Source: Trichosphaerium sp. ATCC 40318 (lineage: Eukaryota > Protista > Tubulinea). From it: a DNA stretch of 64,000 bases. Positions 11,463 to 23,376 of the stretch are shown in pieces (position 1 is the first letter of the stretch; each line of letters begins with the position of its first letter). The stretch lies in NCBI GenBank assembly GCA_038496445.1, contig JALMLS010000056.1:248001-312000 (forward strand), written 5' to 3'. The notes beneath the pieces were generated by a model. It worked only from the letters and a program-made list of their open reading frames with translations. It made no database searches and was not told the DNA's origin. Both the position numbers and the translations under genes were made by a program.

Positions 11463-14122
11463 TTACATTTTATTATTATCTACAGGTGTATTTACAACAG
11501 GTGTTTTCTTTTGCCGTTTAGGATCTCTATCATCAATATCGTCAACTGCCTTTCTCTTTGGCGAGTAATGTTTAAACGTATTTTTTACGGCGTTGAAGTC
11601 GTCTAGCCCAGCTTGAGGCATATGATACTGGAAGAATGTCTTCAGTCCTTTGTAGTCAGTGTCACGAGCAAGCGTTAACGCTTTCTCATACTTAGGGACA
11701 GTCTTTTCTAGAAAAGCGAGATAATTCATAAAGTCCGAGAACTCTTCCTTGGTTCCAACGTCTTGAGAATACCAATCAACTTTACTGTAAAGCTGAATGA
11801 TAGCAGCTTTCGTCTTATTCTCAGAGTCCAAGAATATCCAAACTCGGACAAGAGAGATTAAGTCGTGAGCAAATTTGTATTCAACAGGCTCATTGGTAAT
11901 GTGCGCATCTATAATCTCTGTAGCCGCGTACATGAAGGTTCCTTGGTGCTTTAGCACGCAAGTTCCTTCTTCGACAGCCAACCCAAAGTCTACAATTTGG
12001 GCTGTACCGTTAAGGACCATAATGTTTGTTGGGGTTATGTCCCTAAAGCCACAGACGTAAGTTGATACTCAGATGCAAAATTAAAAAAAAAGGTCGTACC
12101 TGTGAATGTATCCGCCTGCATGATACCTCTCCATTATTTCCACGAATTGAACCATAGACGGACAGTCGTTTATGGAATTCCGTATGCGATCACATAAAGG
12201 AGACGTTATGATGTAGTGATCGCCTTCTTCGATCCCAGCTGTATGCTAAATAAAAAGTGAGAAAAGGTTGTAAAAATTTGATAAAAGAAAGCAAGTAAGA
12301 GTCTTATAGAGGCTCTACGTACGTATACTGGTATACCAGGTATTTTCAGAGGCAGTAGGTCCTTCAATACCTTGACCTCAGAAACCATTACGTGTTTGTT
12401 GCCTTCTTTGAAAATTTTGACAACAAAACGCTCGTAGCCAGCGTTGAGCTCGAACACTTTGGCGGTAGCGCCGCTCCCAAGTTGTTTCCTTGGTGTGCAC
12501 GGTATCCCATTGATTTTAAAGGTTGGGAAAGACCACCCGAGCTGTTTGGGTGTACAGCTCAAGTACTTGTTGAAAAGGAGAGTACCCTTTGATTTAGGTT
12601 TCACAATTGAGTACCTACGCGAGAAATAAAACGAGAATGGTTTGGGACTGTCCTGCCCATGCCACTCCATCCAAGTGAACATTATCTCTGTCCTTGTTGC
12701 CAAGATACCTGTAATGAACTGTCTCGGCGATTGTGCAAGCATGATGTTGCACAGAGCACTCCTACAAAAGAAAGGTAAATACAATGAAAAAAAAAAAAAT
12801 AATAAATGAAAAAAACTGATTGAGAGTTGTTTATTTAACGTACGTGTGCTGACCCATAGCACTCTTGCTAATGTTGTCTAGTTTTATTTCAATGACTGAA
12901 ACAACTTGGGTTATGCCAGGGTTTTTACTTTCATCGCCAATGGCTGTAAAAGTAATGTCCGGCTTGTACTTTCGGCACGTGCCATCCTCGCCAAAAACGC
13001 ACTTCTCATGCGTGTTGTGTACTTGCAAGAACGGTATCTTAGACCTCCTCAATAAGGCCACCATCTCGTCATTTAAGTCGTCTTCAGTTTTCATCTTTTC
13101 AACACTGATTGATGAATGGCTGGGATACGCAGCAAACTGCTCTGTCAGCTTTTCTACCCATGGGGTTTGTTCCCTAAAAAGGTATGCCCTCGAGTTCAAT
13201 TCCGCAAGTGTCAAGCTATAATCTACATAATCATTTAGCGTTACAATATACGAACATGTTTTGAAACGGTGTTTTGAATGAAAACGCAATTAACGTACCG
13301 CATCGAATCATTGGCGATAAGGTAGTGCCACGAAAAGGAAACTCTTTCTGCAACCTCGCTCTTTCTTGGAGATCTATCAAGGAAGCCTTTACTTCAGCTA
13401 TATGAGTATAGTGCTCGCGCTTTACTTCTGCAAGCTGGGTATCGCGCTCAGCTATATGCGCACTGTACTTTCTCTCGACTTCTTGTAGCTGAGTATCGTG
13501 CTTTCTCCCAAATTCTTGTAGCTGAGTATAGTGCTCGCTCTTTACTTCAGCTATTTGAGTATCATACCTTCTCTCAACTTCTTGTAGCTGAGTATCGTAC
13601 TTTTTCTCGACTTCTTGTAGCTGAGCTTTGTTTTTAGCACCCATATTAATCACCATGGACTTCAATTCCGCAAGAGTCGTGTCTTCAGAAGGCTGTTTCT
13701 TCTCTGAAGACTCCTCCTCGTCAGAAGGGTCAGAAAGCGCCTCCAGTTTACGCGTTTCTTCTGTTGCCCTCGCTATTTGGACTTTATTTGGTAGTTCAAT
13801 CGTGGGATATTTTAGCCTTTGTGGACCCAACATCCTAACCGCTTTATACCCCTTTTTGATTTCCTCTGCTGCTTCCTTCTTCTTTTCTGGTGAAGGTATC
13901 TTAGCGTCCGGCCCTTTGCCAGTAGGATCTACAGGATTGTGAGTAACAAACACCAGACAATGAAAAGAACGTGCGACCAGGGCCACAAGCATAGAAGAGT
14001 TGCGTACTTTTAGGCACCAGCTTCATCACTAAGAGTTCCAATGTTAGAGGCCCTTTTAGTTTGTAGAAGTGGTTCGGCGAACCCTCAGCCTTCAAGGTTT
14101 GTTTGACCTTTTTGATGGTCAT
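11463..14122 (-). CDS. Crinkler-like protein: N-terminal header + hendecad coiled coil + PD-(D/E)xK restriction-endonuclease-like domain + protein kinase + C-terminal NLS-like motifs
   Basis: The spliced product contains KPDITF...VSVIEIK...GQ (REase motif), LGSGATAKVF, VVKIF, E, YIHR/DITPTNIM, IVDFGLA, GTFMYAA and HDLISL. The tail has PKRKAV and PKRQKK. There are 5 GT-AG introns. Confidence 0.82.
13380..13630 (-). repeat. Coding tandem repeat, ~7 copies of a 33-bp unit (11-aa DTQLQEVERKY-like)
   Basis: Recurrent cttcttgtagctgagtatcg and tttacttcagctat units with 33-nt spacing, plus one 21-nt (7-aa) unit. Confidence 0.9.
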
Positions 14123-14420
14123 TTTTAAGATGCGCTCTACAAAAACCAAGTCAATTGAGGCGGAACAAAAAAAAACAGCGTAATGATTGATTTAAAACAA
14201 ACTGTGGGTAGAAATACGTCAAAAGAAACGACAACCAGGGGTTTCTGCTGTGACACAGTAAAAATAATAAAAAAAGTAAAAGTAGCCCAAGACGGTTTAA
14301 AACAGCGAAAGCCGTCGCAAAATACGCATAAATACTGTAAAAAGATCGTATAGGGCATATAGATAAGAGTTTGTAGTTGTACAAATTCAAAACCTTAACG
14401 AAGATCTTTGAAAAGTTTTG

Positions 14421-14481
14421 AAAGCTTTAAAAACAACCGCTGCACGTTTGAATGCGTAACAGCGGTGGGTTTTAGCGCTTT
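14421..14481. repeat. Imperfect 22-bp inverted repeat (hairpin) with 17-nt loop
   Basis: aaagctttaaaaacaaccgctg versus the reverse complement of cagcggtgggttttagcgcttt matches at 18/22. Confidence 0.65.
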
Positions 14482-15827
14482 GTTGGTGACAAGTTAAAAC
14501 TAATTAAAAAGTGGAAAAGCTTTAAAAAAGCGTTTGAAAACGGCAAAAAAACGTTTTGTTGGCGTAAAAACGGTGTTTAGATTGTTTGGCGCGAGGAATG
14601 TTTAACAAAAACCTTTTTGAGCCGTACGTGATATCTCATGTTCACCGATGCCTTTGGCGACATCTCCAGTAACCCCAAGCTTTTTAGCGACTAATTTAAC
14701 GATTGTTTGATCAGCGTCTGTACGAAGAAAGCTGATAAAGCTTTCAGTGTACCCTAAACGAACATTAAACCAAACCAAACGTAACGTAAAGTTTTTCTAA
14801 GAGAGTACGTACGATTCATGCTGAATTGGAGAGATTATTGAAGAAGAGGTGTTGCATTGATTGTTGAGCTTGTTAAATGGTTGAATTACTCGTTTGAAAT
14901 GTGAAACAAGATAAGATTTTGACCGGCAAACTTTTAGGCCCAAATCTCCAAACCTCTTTATTACACCAGACGCTCTTAAAGCACGCAAAACAACTTTGTT
15001 TGTTTCGAGTACAAAACAAAAAGAAGTGGAATTCACAAAAACTAGATAGGGTTGTTTTCTGAATGGCGATATCACGTGATTGCGGGTACTAAATCGCTCC
15101 TATAAGGGATCTCGCTGTACCCATTCATTTGCTCTCGCAACCATCACGCTGGTTAGCTCTACGTTCGAAACTTCTTCGAAGTTTCTTCATGTATGTAGAA
15201 CTCCCTAACGCCCAGATGAGGTTACATAACATTAACCATGCAAGAGTCTCATTAAATAGCTCTTATTAGATGAAAACACGATGTGAAATGTAATACAAAA
15301 TAAAAGTTTCGCCTTATCGTAGATAATTGAGTATCGCCTATACTGAAGGGCTCTACAACGCTGGTATACTTTCAAAGGTTCATATTAGATAATTAAAAAC
15401 ACAGGAAAAGCTAGGACAGCTCAGTTAACTTGAACGACAGAAGCTGAGTAAGAACCCACAAGTTTATACAACATGAGCACATGATAATTTGATTGCAGCA
15501 CTAGTGGTGTACAAAGGCAGTCAATACTACATAAAGAGCTAAAAGCCACCTGAATTATGGATCGTAAGTTTGATACCGAGATTCACCGTGATTGTCTGAT
15601 AGAAGCCGAAATTGCTTCCGGAAGTTGCACAAAAAAATCCACCTAGACGTGAAATCGTCTACTAACATGTTGGTTTAGTGGCATGGAGAAACACTGTACA
15701 AGTTCTTTGCTTCTTCTACATTCACCAGTAACATTGAATATAACATTGAAAGCATATTTTCTTAAACTCGAACTTTGTGCCACGTTGACTTTTTGTCTAC
15801 TCCTCTAGTTTGTTTAATTCGTTTAGC

Positions 15828-17327
15828 ATGCTTCGCAAAGCGCCTCGTAAACCGCCAAAGTCATCATATAAGAAGTTGCTATTGGCTTTGGCTATTTTGG
15901 TATCTCTCGCGTTTTTCACAATTATGGCTCAGAAAGCTTTTTCATCACGTACCGACATTGCGACGTTTAAAGAGGCTATCATAGCTGCACGTGCTGAATC
16001 TCACGAAGTTGAAACATTTATGCAAACAGCCGACTTCTCACAAGGTGTCACTGTATTTTCCGTGCGTAGTGGACCTCAAAAACAGCTTCTGAAAAAAAAA
16101 ATCACGTGCCGCCTCGCCGAAAATAAATCATCACGCTCACTCCTTTGATAGACGAAAACTATGCCTCCCTTCATCATGGCATCAACTTTAAAAGATGTTA
16201 GCACGTGTGCAGTTTATCCAGGCATACACGCTAAAGAAGAAGGTGTTTTCGCACCTCACGAGTCTCTTATACATTATTTCGCTTTGGTACGCTTATTTAA
16301 AGGTTAAAGTTAGAAATTATTGCCAATCTGATTACTTGGTCATTTTCTCTAGAAAGACGTATGTAAACAAGAACCTACACCTACTGTTGTAGACGTTGGA
16401 GCAAATATAGGATATTTTACACTGTGGGCAGGCAAACTGGGTACAATACTATCCTCGTCTCTTTTCACTAATGAATATAGGTTGTAACGTACAAGGTAAT
16501 CAACACACGCTAAGGAAATACTTCTTACACTGTACAATGTAGCTTTTGAACCGGCTCCATATAACCTGTTCTATCTACGCCTCGGTCGTATTATAAACAA
16601 CCTTGTATCGAAGATACAAATCCACCCTTTCGCGATTGGTGCCAAAAGAACACAAATATCTTTACACTTCCATTGCAGAGACACTGGCGTAAGTATTTGT
16701 TTAATGTTGTGCAATAACATCCTCTAAGGAATCGAAAGTTGACACTAATATTAAAGATGGCGACGTTGTAATAGAACAACATACCCTTGACAGGTTCGAA
16801 TTCGACGATCTGTTAGCTAGGTGCCTATCTAAAAATCTGCTAGTATTGTAGAACTTGATTCAATTCCATTTTTAAAGATTGACACTGAAGGCTTTGAAGA
16901 TCAAGGTACACTATCTAGCTTCTTCTTAGACTAAAACAAAAATCCTTTTTCAGTTATGGCTGGTGCTCAAGAGACCTTATATAAGGCAGAAACTCTTGTA
17001 GTTGAGTTTAAAAAGACACACGTTGATGAGAAAGTGAGAATACTTAACAAATTTTTAAGTAAAGGATACAAAATATTTAGTTATAAAGAACAGTACGATA
17101 AAACACCAATTGGTGGTCTTCTTTACACTTACTTATCAAAACTAATTGAGTGCATTTATAGCTACCGAGGAAGAGTTGATGCTTGGACAAAAGAGTCTTT
17201 AAAGAATATTCCAGTGTCACGTGTGGAATCTGTTACGAATGATAAATGGATTCCTTATGAAGACTTGGTTATAACAAAAGCTTCACTATTTTCGGATGTA
17301 TGGGGTAGTAAGCCAATTCACGCTTGA
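15828..17327 (+). CDS. FkbM-family (Methyltransf_21) methyltransferase, type II membrane topology
   Basis: Basic N-terminus plus a TM helix. Motifs VVDVGANIGYFTLWA, VAFEPAP and FLKIDTEGFED. Confidence 0.88.
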
Positions 17328-17533
17328 AACAAAACCAAGAACCAAAAAAAAAAGTAAACAAATTTATTTTTATCTTCTTTGTTCTCATGTTTGAACACCA
17401 TTAATCCTCACAAAAACAGCTTTCAACGGCGGAAATAACCTCAGCAATACCACACTAACAACATATGCAAACTCTTGAAACACTATCGGTTTTTTTGTCT
17501 GTGTTGCATCCTTCTTGTTATACAAGCTCTACA

Positions 17534-19319
17534 ATGACTGAGGCGTTTCATGACTGATTTTCAGGAGTAATCGTTTGTTAAGGGCAATTTTATCAACTTA
17601 ACGACTAATACTAGCGGTTAAATTCTACCACAGCCACAAAACCTACGCCTCCGTTCTCCTACATAACATAACAAGAAGTTCGCAAAACCACGAGACATGA
17701 ACCGACGCCAAGTCAAACGAGGAGGTGATGAATCGCTTCTACTAAGGTTTTTAAACCTTCAGAACCTTCCAAGCGCTAAATCTAGTAAAAAACCTAAAAA
17801 GGAGGGTACCTCCCCGCAACGCTCTCGCCAGTCGAAGGGTATCACGCAAATGGCGACAACCAAGCGTCGCAAGTCGCTAACAAAGGTATCGCTTTATTTT
17901 AATTACTATTTCGGTATTTAATGCCGTTTTTAGCGTAAACCGTCTAGAAGGAAACGTAAGAGGTAATGGTCAACGATTTTTGCGCCTAGAACCGCTAAAT
18001 AATGTTTTTTCTAGTGTCAAAGGTAAACGCCTCGCTCGTGAAGTACTAGCAGCAGGGATTTCGCCTCCAGCGTCGAAGTTAGCGAAAGAGTCTAGCAAAC
18101 GCGTAAAAACGGACTTATGCTCACAAGCTGTAAGCCCACCTGTAATTAACAATGAGTGCGTTTTAACCCTATACCATCATTTGTTAACGGTTTTGCAGAT
18201 TGCGATCTTCAAGAGACGGCCAGCTGCCTAATACCCGAAGTAGTAGTCCGCTGAGGTAAGGTTTTTGCAAGCCATTACGTTAACTGGTGTATTCAGGAGA
18301 CGTAGCCTACGTCATTCCGGTGGAGAGCCGCCGACTCCTATTCTTAACTCGAAAGTGGTTAAACGATCTTCTCCGTCCCAACGTAGGAACAAAGTGAGAA
18401 TTAAAAACCAAAGTAGACGAAAAAGTCGATCTTTAGATATGTGTCAAACTATCAAGGATACTATCGCAGCAAATCGTGTACGCCTTCTTTAGCTAACTTT
18501 ATTTTGTTTTTTTTTTCTTTTTGAACAAAGCAAAAAACACTCGTACCATAGCCACAAGTGACCTGGCTTTAATCATTAAGTGCAGGACCTGTCAGCGAGG
18601 CGTGAAAAAGAGAAAAAAGAAAAATATTGGGCTGACTTTAATAAGCGGGTTGCAATCCCACGAGAAAATATTAAGAAACAAATCGAGGCTAATAAAAAGC
18701 TTCGTGAAGAAAAGAAAATGGAAGAGGAACGTAGACTAATGGAAGAATATATTTCACAACCAAGAGCAGAAGATAAACTAAAGGCTCAAATTGAAAGCAA
18801 CAAGAAGCTAAAAGAAATAAGAAAAAAGGAAGAAGAAGACAAGTTACTTAAAGAGTGGCAAAAGAATCAAGGACAGGTGGATACACATGATAAGCTTGTT
18901 AATCAAATCGCTTTGAATAGAGCTAATAGTGCAAGGAAAAATAGCACAGAAGCCAAGGAGTTTGGTAAACTTCACAGCGTATTTTGAATTTATTCTTACT
19001 TTTCTCTGTTTTAAAGCACAACCTCATCTATCCAAAATCGCCTTACAGATTGCTAAAAATCGTGAACAGACATTACGCGAGAGAATAGAAACAGAGAAGA
19101 AGCTTGCAGCAAAGTTTGAGTACGACGGAGTCCATTTCATTCTTCAAGGAAATGGCTAATATCATATCTACTTAGGACTATGGTATATCCAGAGGAGGTA
19201 GCAGTAGACAAATTAAAAGCACAGATAGAATACAACCGTCGGACATTAAGGTTTTAGAATACCTTTAAACCTATATTTAATCTCTATATGCAACTCCAAG
19301 GCGTCTAGAGTGTCTTTAG
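17534..19319 (+). CDS. Uncharacterised basic/charged protein with repeated DKLxxQIxxN(K/R) helical motifs
   Basis: Chain of GT-AG bounded exons with a K/R/S/P-rich N-half and an E/K-rich repeated C-half. Both ends are approximate. Confidence 0.6.
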
Positions 19320-19778
19320 TGACTGCGAACAGTCACAACTATTTTGTATTAATATCTGACTTTGATTTTCCTTAAAAACCCGGAGCTGTGCCGACCTATG
19401 TAATAAAACGCTTCATGTTCCTAATTCGCCTTTAACTTGGTCCATATTTTCCAAAGTTCACAAACCCCTCGTAAGTATTGTGAAAACCCGTCGTGCAGCA
19501 CTTGTGGTATACAAAAGGGCGTAAAGGCAGTGTATCACGTGGAGTAAACGTTAATTAGTATAACCTAAGTGTCTTTTACAAAAAAAAATCAAAACACAAA
19601 CAATACTAACCCGGGCTTACCCATGGTAACGTAATCATCTATACAAGTGTATTAGTTGGTACAAAGGCTGAAAAGGAGGCACTGAACACAATCCCGAACT
19701 GATTCCGGAAACGTCGAAATTTGTAGTCGAGGAACAAAGAAGACCTACCATTTATCCAAATTTCGCGCTGCTAAACTA

Positions 19779-20431
19779 ATGACTGCACTTACTGCTCACA
19801 GGCGTCTGGCCTCAAGTGAAACGAGATTGCCATCATGGCTGTCTGCAATTGGAACAGGATACGAGAAGGAGTTTATAGAGCTCCAAAGTAGAGGTACATT
19901 ACACGTTCTACTTTCACGGTTGGTTTTGTCTACGTCTGTGTCTCACGCAAACTCGCTTTAGAATGGCCTGAGATCCTCGTTGTAACGTACCTCATCACCG
20001 TATACATGCCAAACAAAATACACGTTCTCCGACAATTTATTCAACAGAAGATGCCTGAAAACCCAGATATAGTTAATGAGACATCAAAGGAGGTACAGTC
20101 TTGTAGTTTTGATGAGTTTGTGTGTAGCTTATTTTAACAACAGAACATTTCATCCTTACAACTCGCTGTTGAAAACGGAAATTGCGCCATAACAAAGCTA
20201 CTGCTTAGCGCTGGGGCTGATACAGACTCCATAGATCCGCAACAACTTAGTTTCGTCTCTAACGCTTCCGAAGAAGATAGTTTATCCAGATCACTCGACT
20301 CGCGTAACAGAGGACTCAGTGCGCCTCCTGATATGGTTTTTAAACGACGAAAATCAAAAGGAGTTTTGAAAAAACTCAAATCCAAGATGTTTGTTAAAAG
20401 ACGAAACCTCAGGTTATCAAATCCATTGTAA
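19779..20431 (+). CDS. Small ankyrin-repeat protein
   Basis: Three exons. Contains HPLQLAVENGNCAITKLLLSAGADTD and a basic C-terminal tail. The start is uncertain. Confidence 0.6.
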
Positions 20432-20950
20432 AGTAAATGATATGAAAAAAAAATAAACGTAAATACTCTTGTACAACTAGAAATTTGGAGACTCAGTTTT
20501 GACTTTATCACTTCATAGTTTTATTGTAAAAAAACAAATCTGACACGTGATTTGGATTTATTCCAACAACAGTAAAACAACTTCCTAAATAACATAAAGT
20601 AGTTGTATCATTGACTGGTTGATTTCTTAGCGTTGGCAGTACTTGGTTTGCCTTTTTTGAAATAAACCGAAACTTGTGGCAGTGTTGGAGTGATGTTTAT
20701 GAAAACTATTTAGGTTACGATAGCCTCCTCGCTGGCACAAGCAATTTTGAAAATGCTGACCGACCTATTTACAGCGCTTTTTATCTCTTACTATCACAGT
20801 GAAATATCACATGTCCAATTAAGGGCTGTGCTTTCGTCTCGTATTAACCTATTGTAAATAAAGCAACAAAGACGAATATACTTTAAAAGTGACTAATGTC
20901 ACCTGCTACATTTATTACACTTCGAAACACCACTTAGATATTCTTTCGTG

Positions 20951-22419
20951 TTACTGCTGCTCTGTTGGTAAGCGGTTGAAGCTAGAATCAGCAAAAAGCT
21001 TTACACCCATACCAAAGCTAAAACCACGCTTACTAGCGTAAGTTGCTTGGCAATAAGGAGCTAAATACAACTCATGAGTGTAGTGCCTAAGAAAGAAGTT
21101 AACAGCCATCTCTACAAATACAAACCAAAAGGACATACGCTTCAACCATAGTGTTTACTTTCCAATCATCCAAGGATTTGATAGAGGCCTAATAAAACAA
21201 GTTTTAATCGGAGATGTCTCATTTTAACACTAACAAAAGCCGTACCTGTGCTCTAACGATAGTCTTACTCTCGTCATGCATATACCAAGTACCCAGTTCC
21301 TAGGAAAGTAATCAGGAAGAGCAAAAGCCATCAAAAAATATCACTCACCAAAGATGGTTTAATGGAAAAGTGAGCTGGCTCTTCTGGTGTTGGTTTGCTT
21401 TGATGTAATGATAAGACAGATCCACAACCGAGAAACCTAAAAAAGAAGTCAGTCTACAAAACGCAACATTGTTGTTTTGAACTGTTTATGTACCACATAG
21501 GCGATAGTGAGTGCACATAAGCCATAGATATCAATTTACGTTTAGCACGTTGTTCGTCGTTGGAAACTTGAATTGACAGTACACCTTTACGGAATAAACT
21601 ATTTTTACTGACACCAGGTCCTACGCGCATGCTAGAGAGCAACAAAGTAAGCGGCTTGTCAACCCAAAAAAAAAACTTTTTACCGCAAACAAAATTTGTG
21701 TGGCCACAGTTTGTCGTCCTTGTAGCGTCCTGTAGCTTGACCAGATACCCAGTATGGCAAGCTGCGGAAGCGGAACGCTTGCATGTAAGACGATGTGAGC
21801 ATTGCCTATAGTCACAATGAGAAAAGAGACGAAAACTGTTCTTGTTGCTAATACAAAAAAAGTTGCGTTAGAGATTAGGTGGGTGTTCGTACTTGTGACA
21901 CTGAAAGCGTGTACGTCTTGTTTTGTGTTGGCATCAAGTAAAAATCTGCTTGAACATATTTTAATGCTTCATGTATAACTTCGGCGTTCAATATCTGCTC
22001 GTAGTTAGTGAATTCAATACTTTGGTGTTCTGTCAGTGGACTAAAAGCGATAAACCATAAACTAGTTTACCTTAGCACCAACGTTGAAGTACGCGCTGCA
22101 GAAAGGCGATAAATCTACTCTCTTTCGTAGACGTGACCTAAGTACTTTAATGCTAGGCGTAATAACACTGTACACTACCTCCCGTATACGTCCCAGCTAT
22201 TATCATCCCAAAAACCTTCGTAATGAAAAAGGAACGTATGCTCAACCGCAACAGGCGTATATAACCCGGTGGTCTCCAAAGATTCGCTTAATATCGCTAT
22301 GGACGTCAAAATAAGAAACAATACATCAAGTTATGTCTACCTTGCTCCTCTTTGCATAAATCATAGTGGGAGAGAGGTGGTAGAAATTTAGTACGCGAAT
22401 TGTACAGCGCAGAGAACAT
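20951..22419 (-). CDS. Putative mitochondrial outer-membrane beta-barrel of the porin-3 family (divergent Tom40/Mdm10-like)
   Basis: The spliced C-terminal half reads AYVHSLSPMWFLGCG...ELGTWYMHDESKTIVRAQASIKSLDDWKVNTMVE...GFSFGMGVKLF. This shows alternating beta-strand patterns and a terminal beta-signal-like strand. One internal junction is unresolved, and the start could be 22545. Confidence 0.45.
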
Positions 22420-22596
22420 CACGGCCACAAACTGACTTGCCTTAAAGAATTTAAGAGAGCTTTTCGTTTTTGATGGCGCCAAAATTACACAAACGAGCGA
22501 GAGCAGTGTTTTATTAACGCCCGCAGCGTCTAGTGTACATGACATTTTATTTTTTTTTACAGGGTTTTTGGTTGGCGGGGAGTTAAACTGGGCGCT

Positions 22597-22794
22597 TCAG
22601 AACTGTCTGTTCGTCCTTGTTGTACTTGGAGCGTGTGGTTTTGGCACGTAACCGATTCTATCGCGTATACCTTGGGTACGCCCTTGAACGCCTGGAAGAA
22701 CTGGTTCCTTCGTTGTGCGTGTTTTATGCTCATATATCTTCAATTCTTCATTATCTGGCTCTCCAGCAAGTCTAGTTGGCTTCCTTCGTAACAT
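22597..22794 (-). CDS. CDC26: Anaphase-promoting complex subunit CDC26/APC12
   Basis: 65-aa intronless ORF beginning with the diagnostic MLRRKPTRL and containing IRDRIGY, which resembles the INDRIGY segment of animal CDC26. Confidence 0.88.
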   Translation of the reverse strand: MLRRKPTRLAGEPDNEELKIYEHKTRTTKEPVLPGVQGRTQGIRDRIGYVPKPHAPSTTRTNRQF

Positions 22795-23376
22795 GTTCGT
22801 TGTTTAAATGCTCTTACGCAGTGTAAAACTTAAACAAAACAGCAACGTTCAATTAAGCTAGGCCGTGACCCTTGGCTGCACCGTTACGTAACCAAATACT
22901 TTGGCTTGTTTGTTGCAGTCGCGAACATGGAACAATTGCCTTGAAGTCTTTACTCAGCTGCGTGGTATAAAATACGGTTTCTCACTTTTTTCATTACAAA
23001 TCTGGCGTCTGCAATCAAGATTTTTGTTTACTTTCTTTATTTTACGTTTTTCACAACTTGCATGGCTGACTACTTTCGTTTGCAGACAGAAGACATAAAA
23101 CCTGTCATTCAACATAATAACTAATCGCATAAATTTATTTTTTGCCACTCCATAGCCAGATTCCGCCGTTGTAATATCGCGGGGAAGGGTACCTATAGCT
23201 ATGTTATTACTATTAACTCAGGGTCCAATAAACGGTATGGCATGATCCTTACTTGGTTCCTACCATTACTTTAGGTCTGTTACAACAGTACAAATGAATA
23301 GAGGTGACTGCGACATTTCGGGTTTTTTAATGTTATACATACGACAATACAAATATATCTACAATATTTTATACAT

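Noticed and set aside
13380-13630. Regularly spaced repeats resembling a CRISPR array
   Set aside because: They are in-frame coding repeats without unique spacers, the context is eukaryotic, and there are no cas genes.
11200-15700. Helitron or TIR transposon boundaries around the Crinkler-like gene
   Set aside because: I found no CTRR end after the hairpin, no terminal inverted repeats or TSD, and no transposase by eye.
16790-16805. GGTTCGAATTC resembling a tRNA T-loop or B-box
   Set aside because: It lies within the FkbM gene, and no cloverleaf can be formed.
22880-23335. Possible micro-exon gene between CDC26 and the F-box-TPR gene
   Set aside because: Splice-like signals exist, but I could not assemble a coherent ORF.
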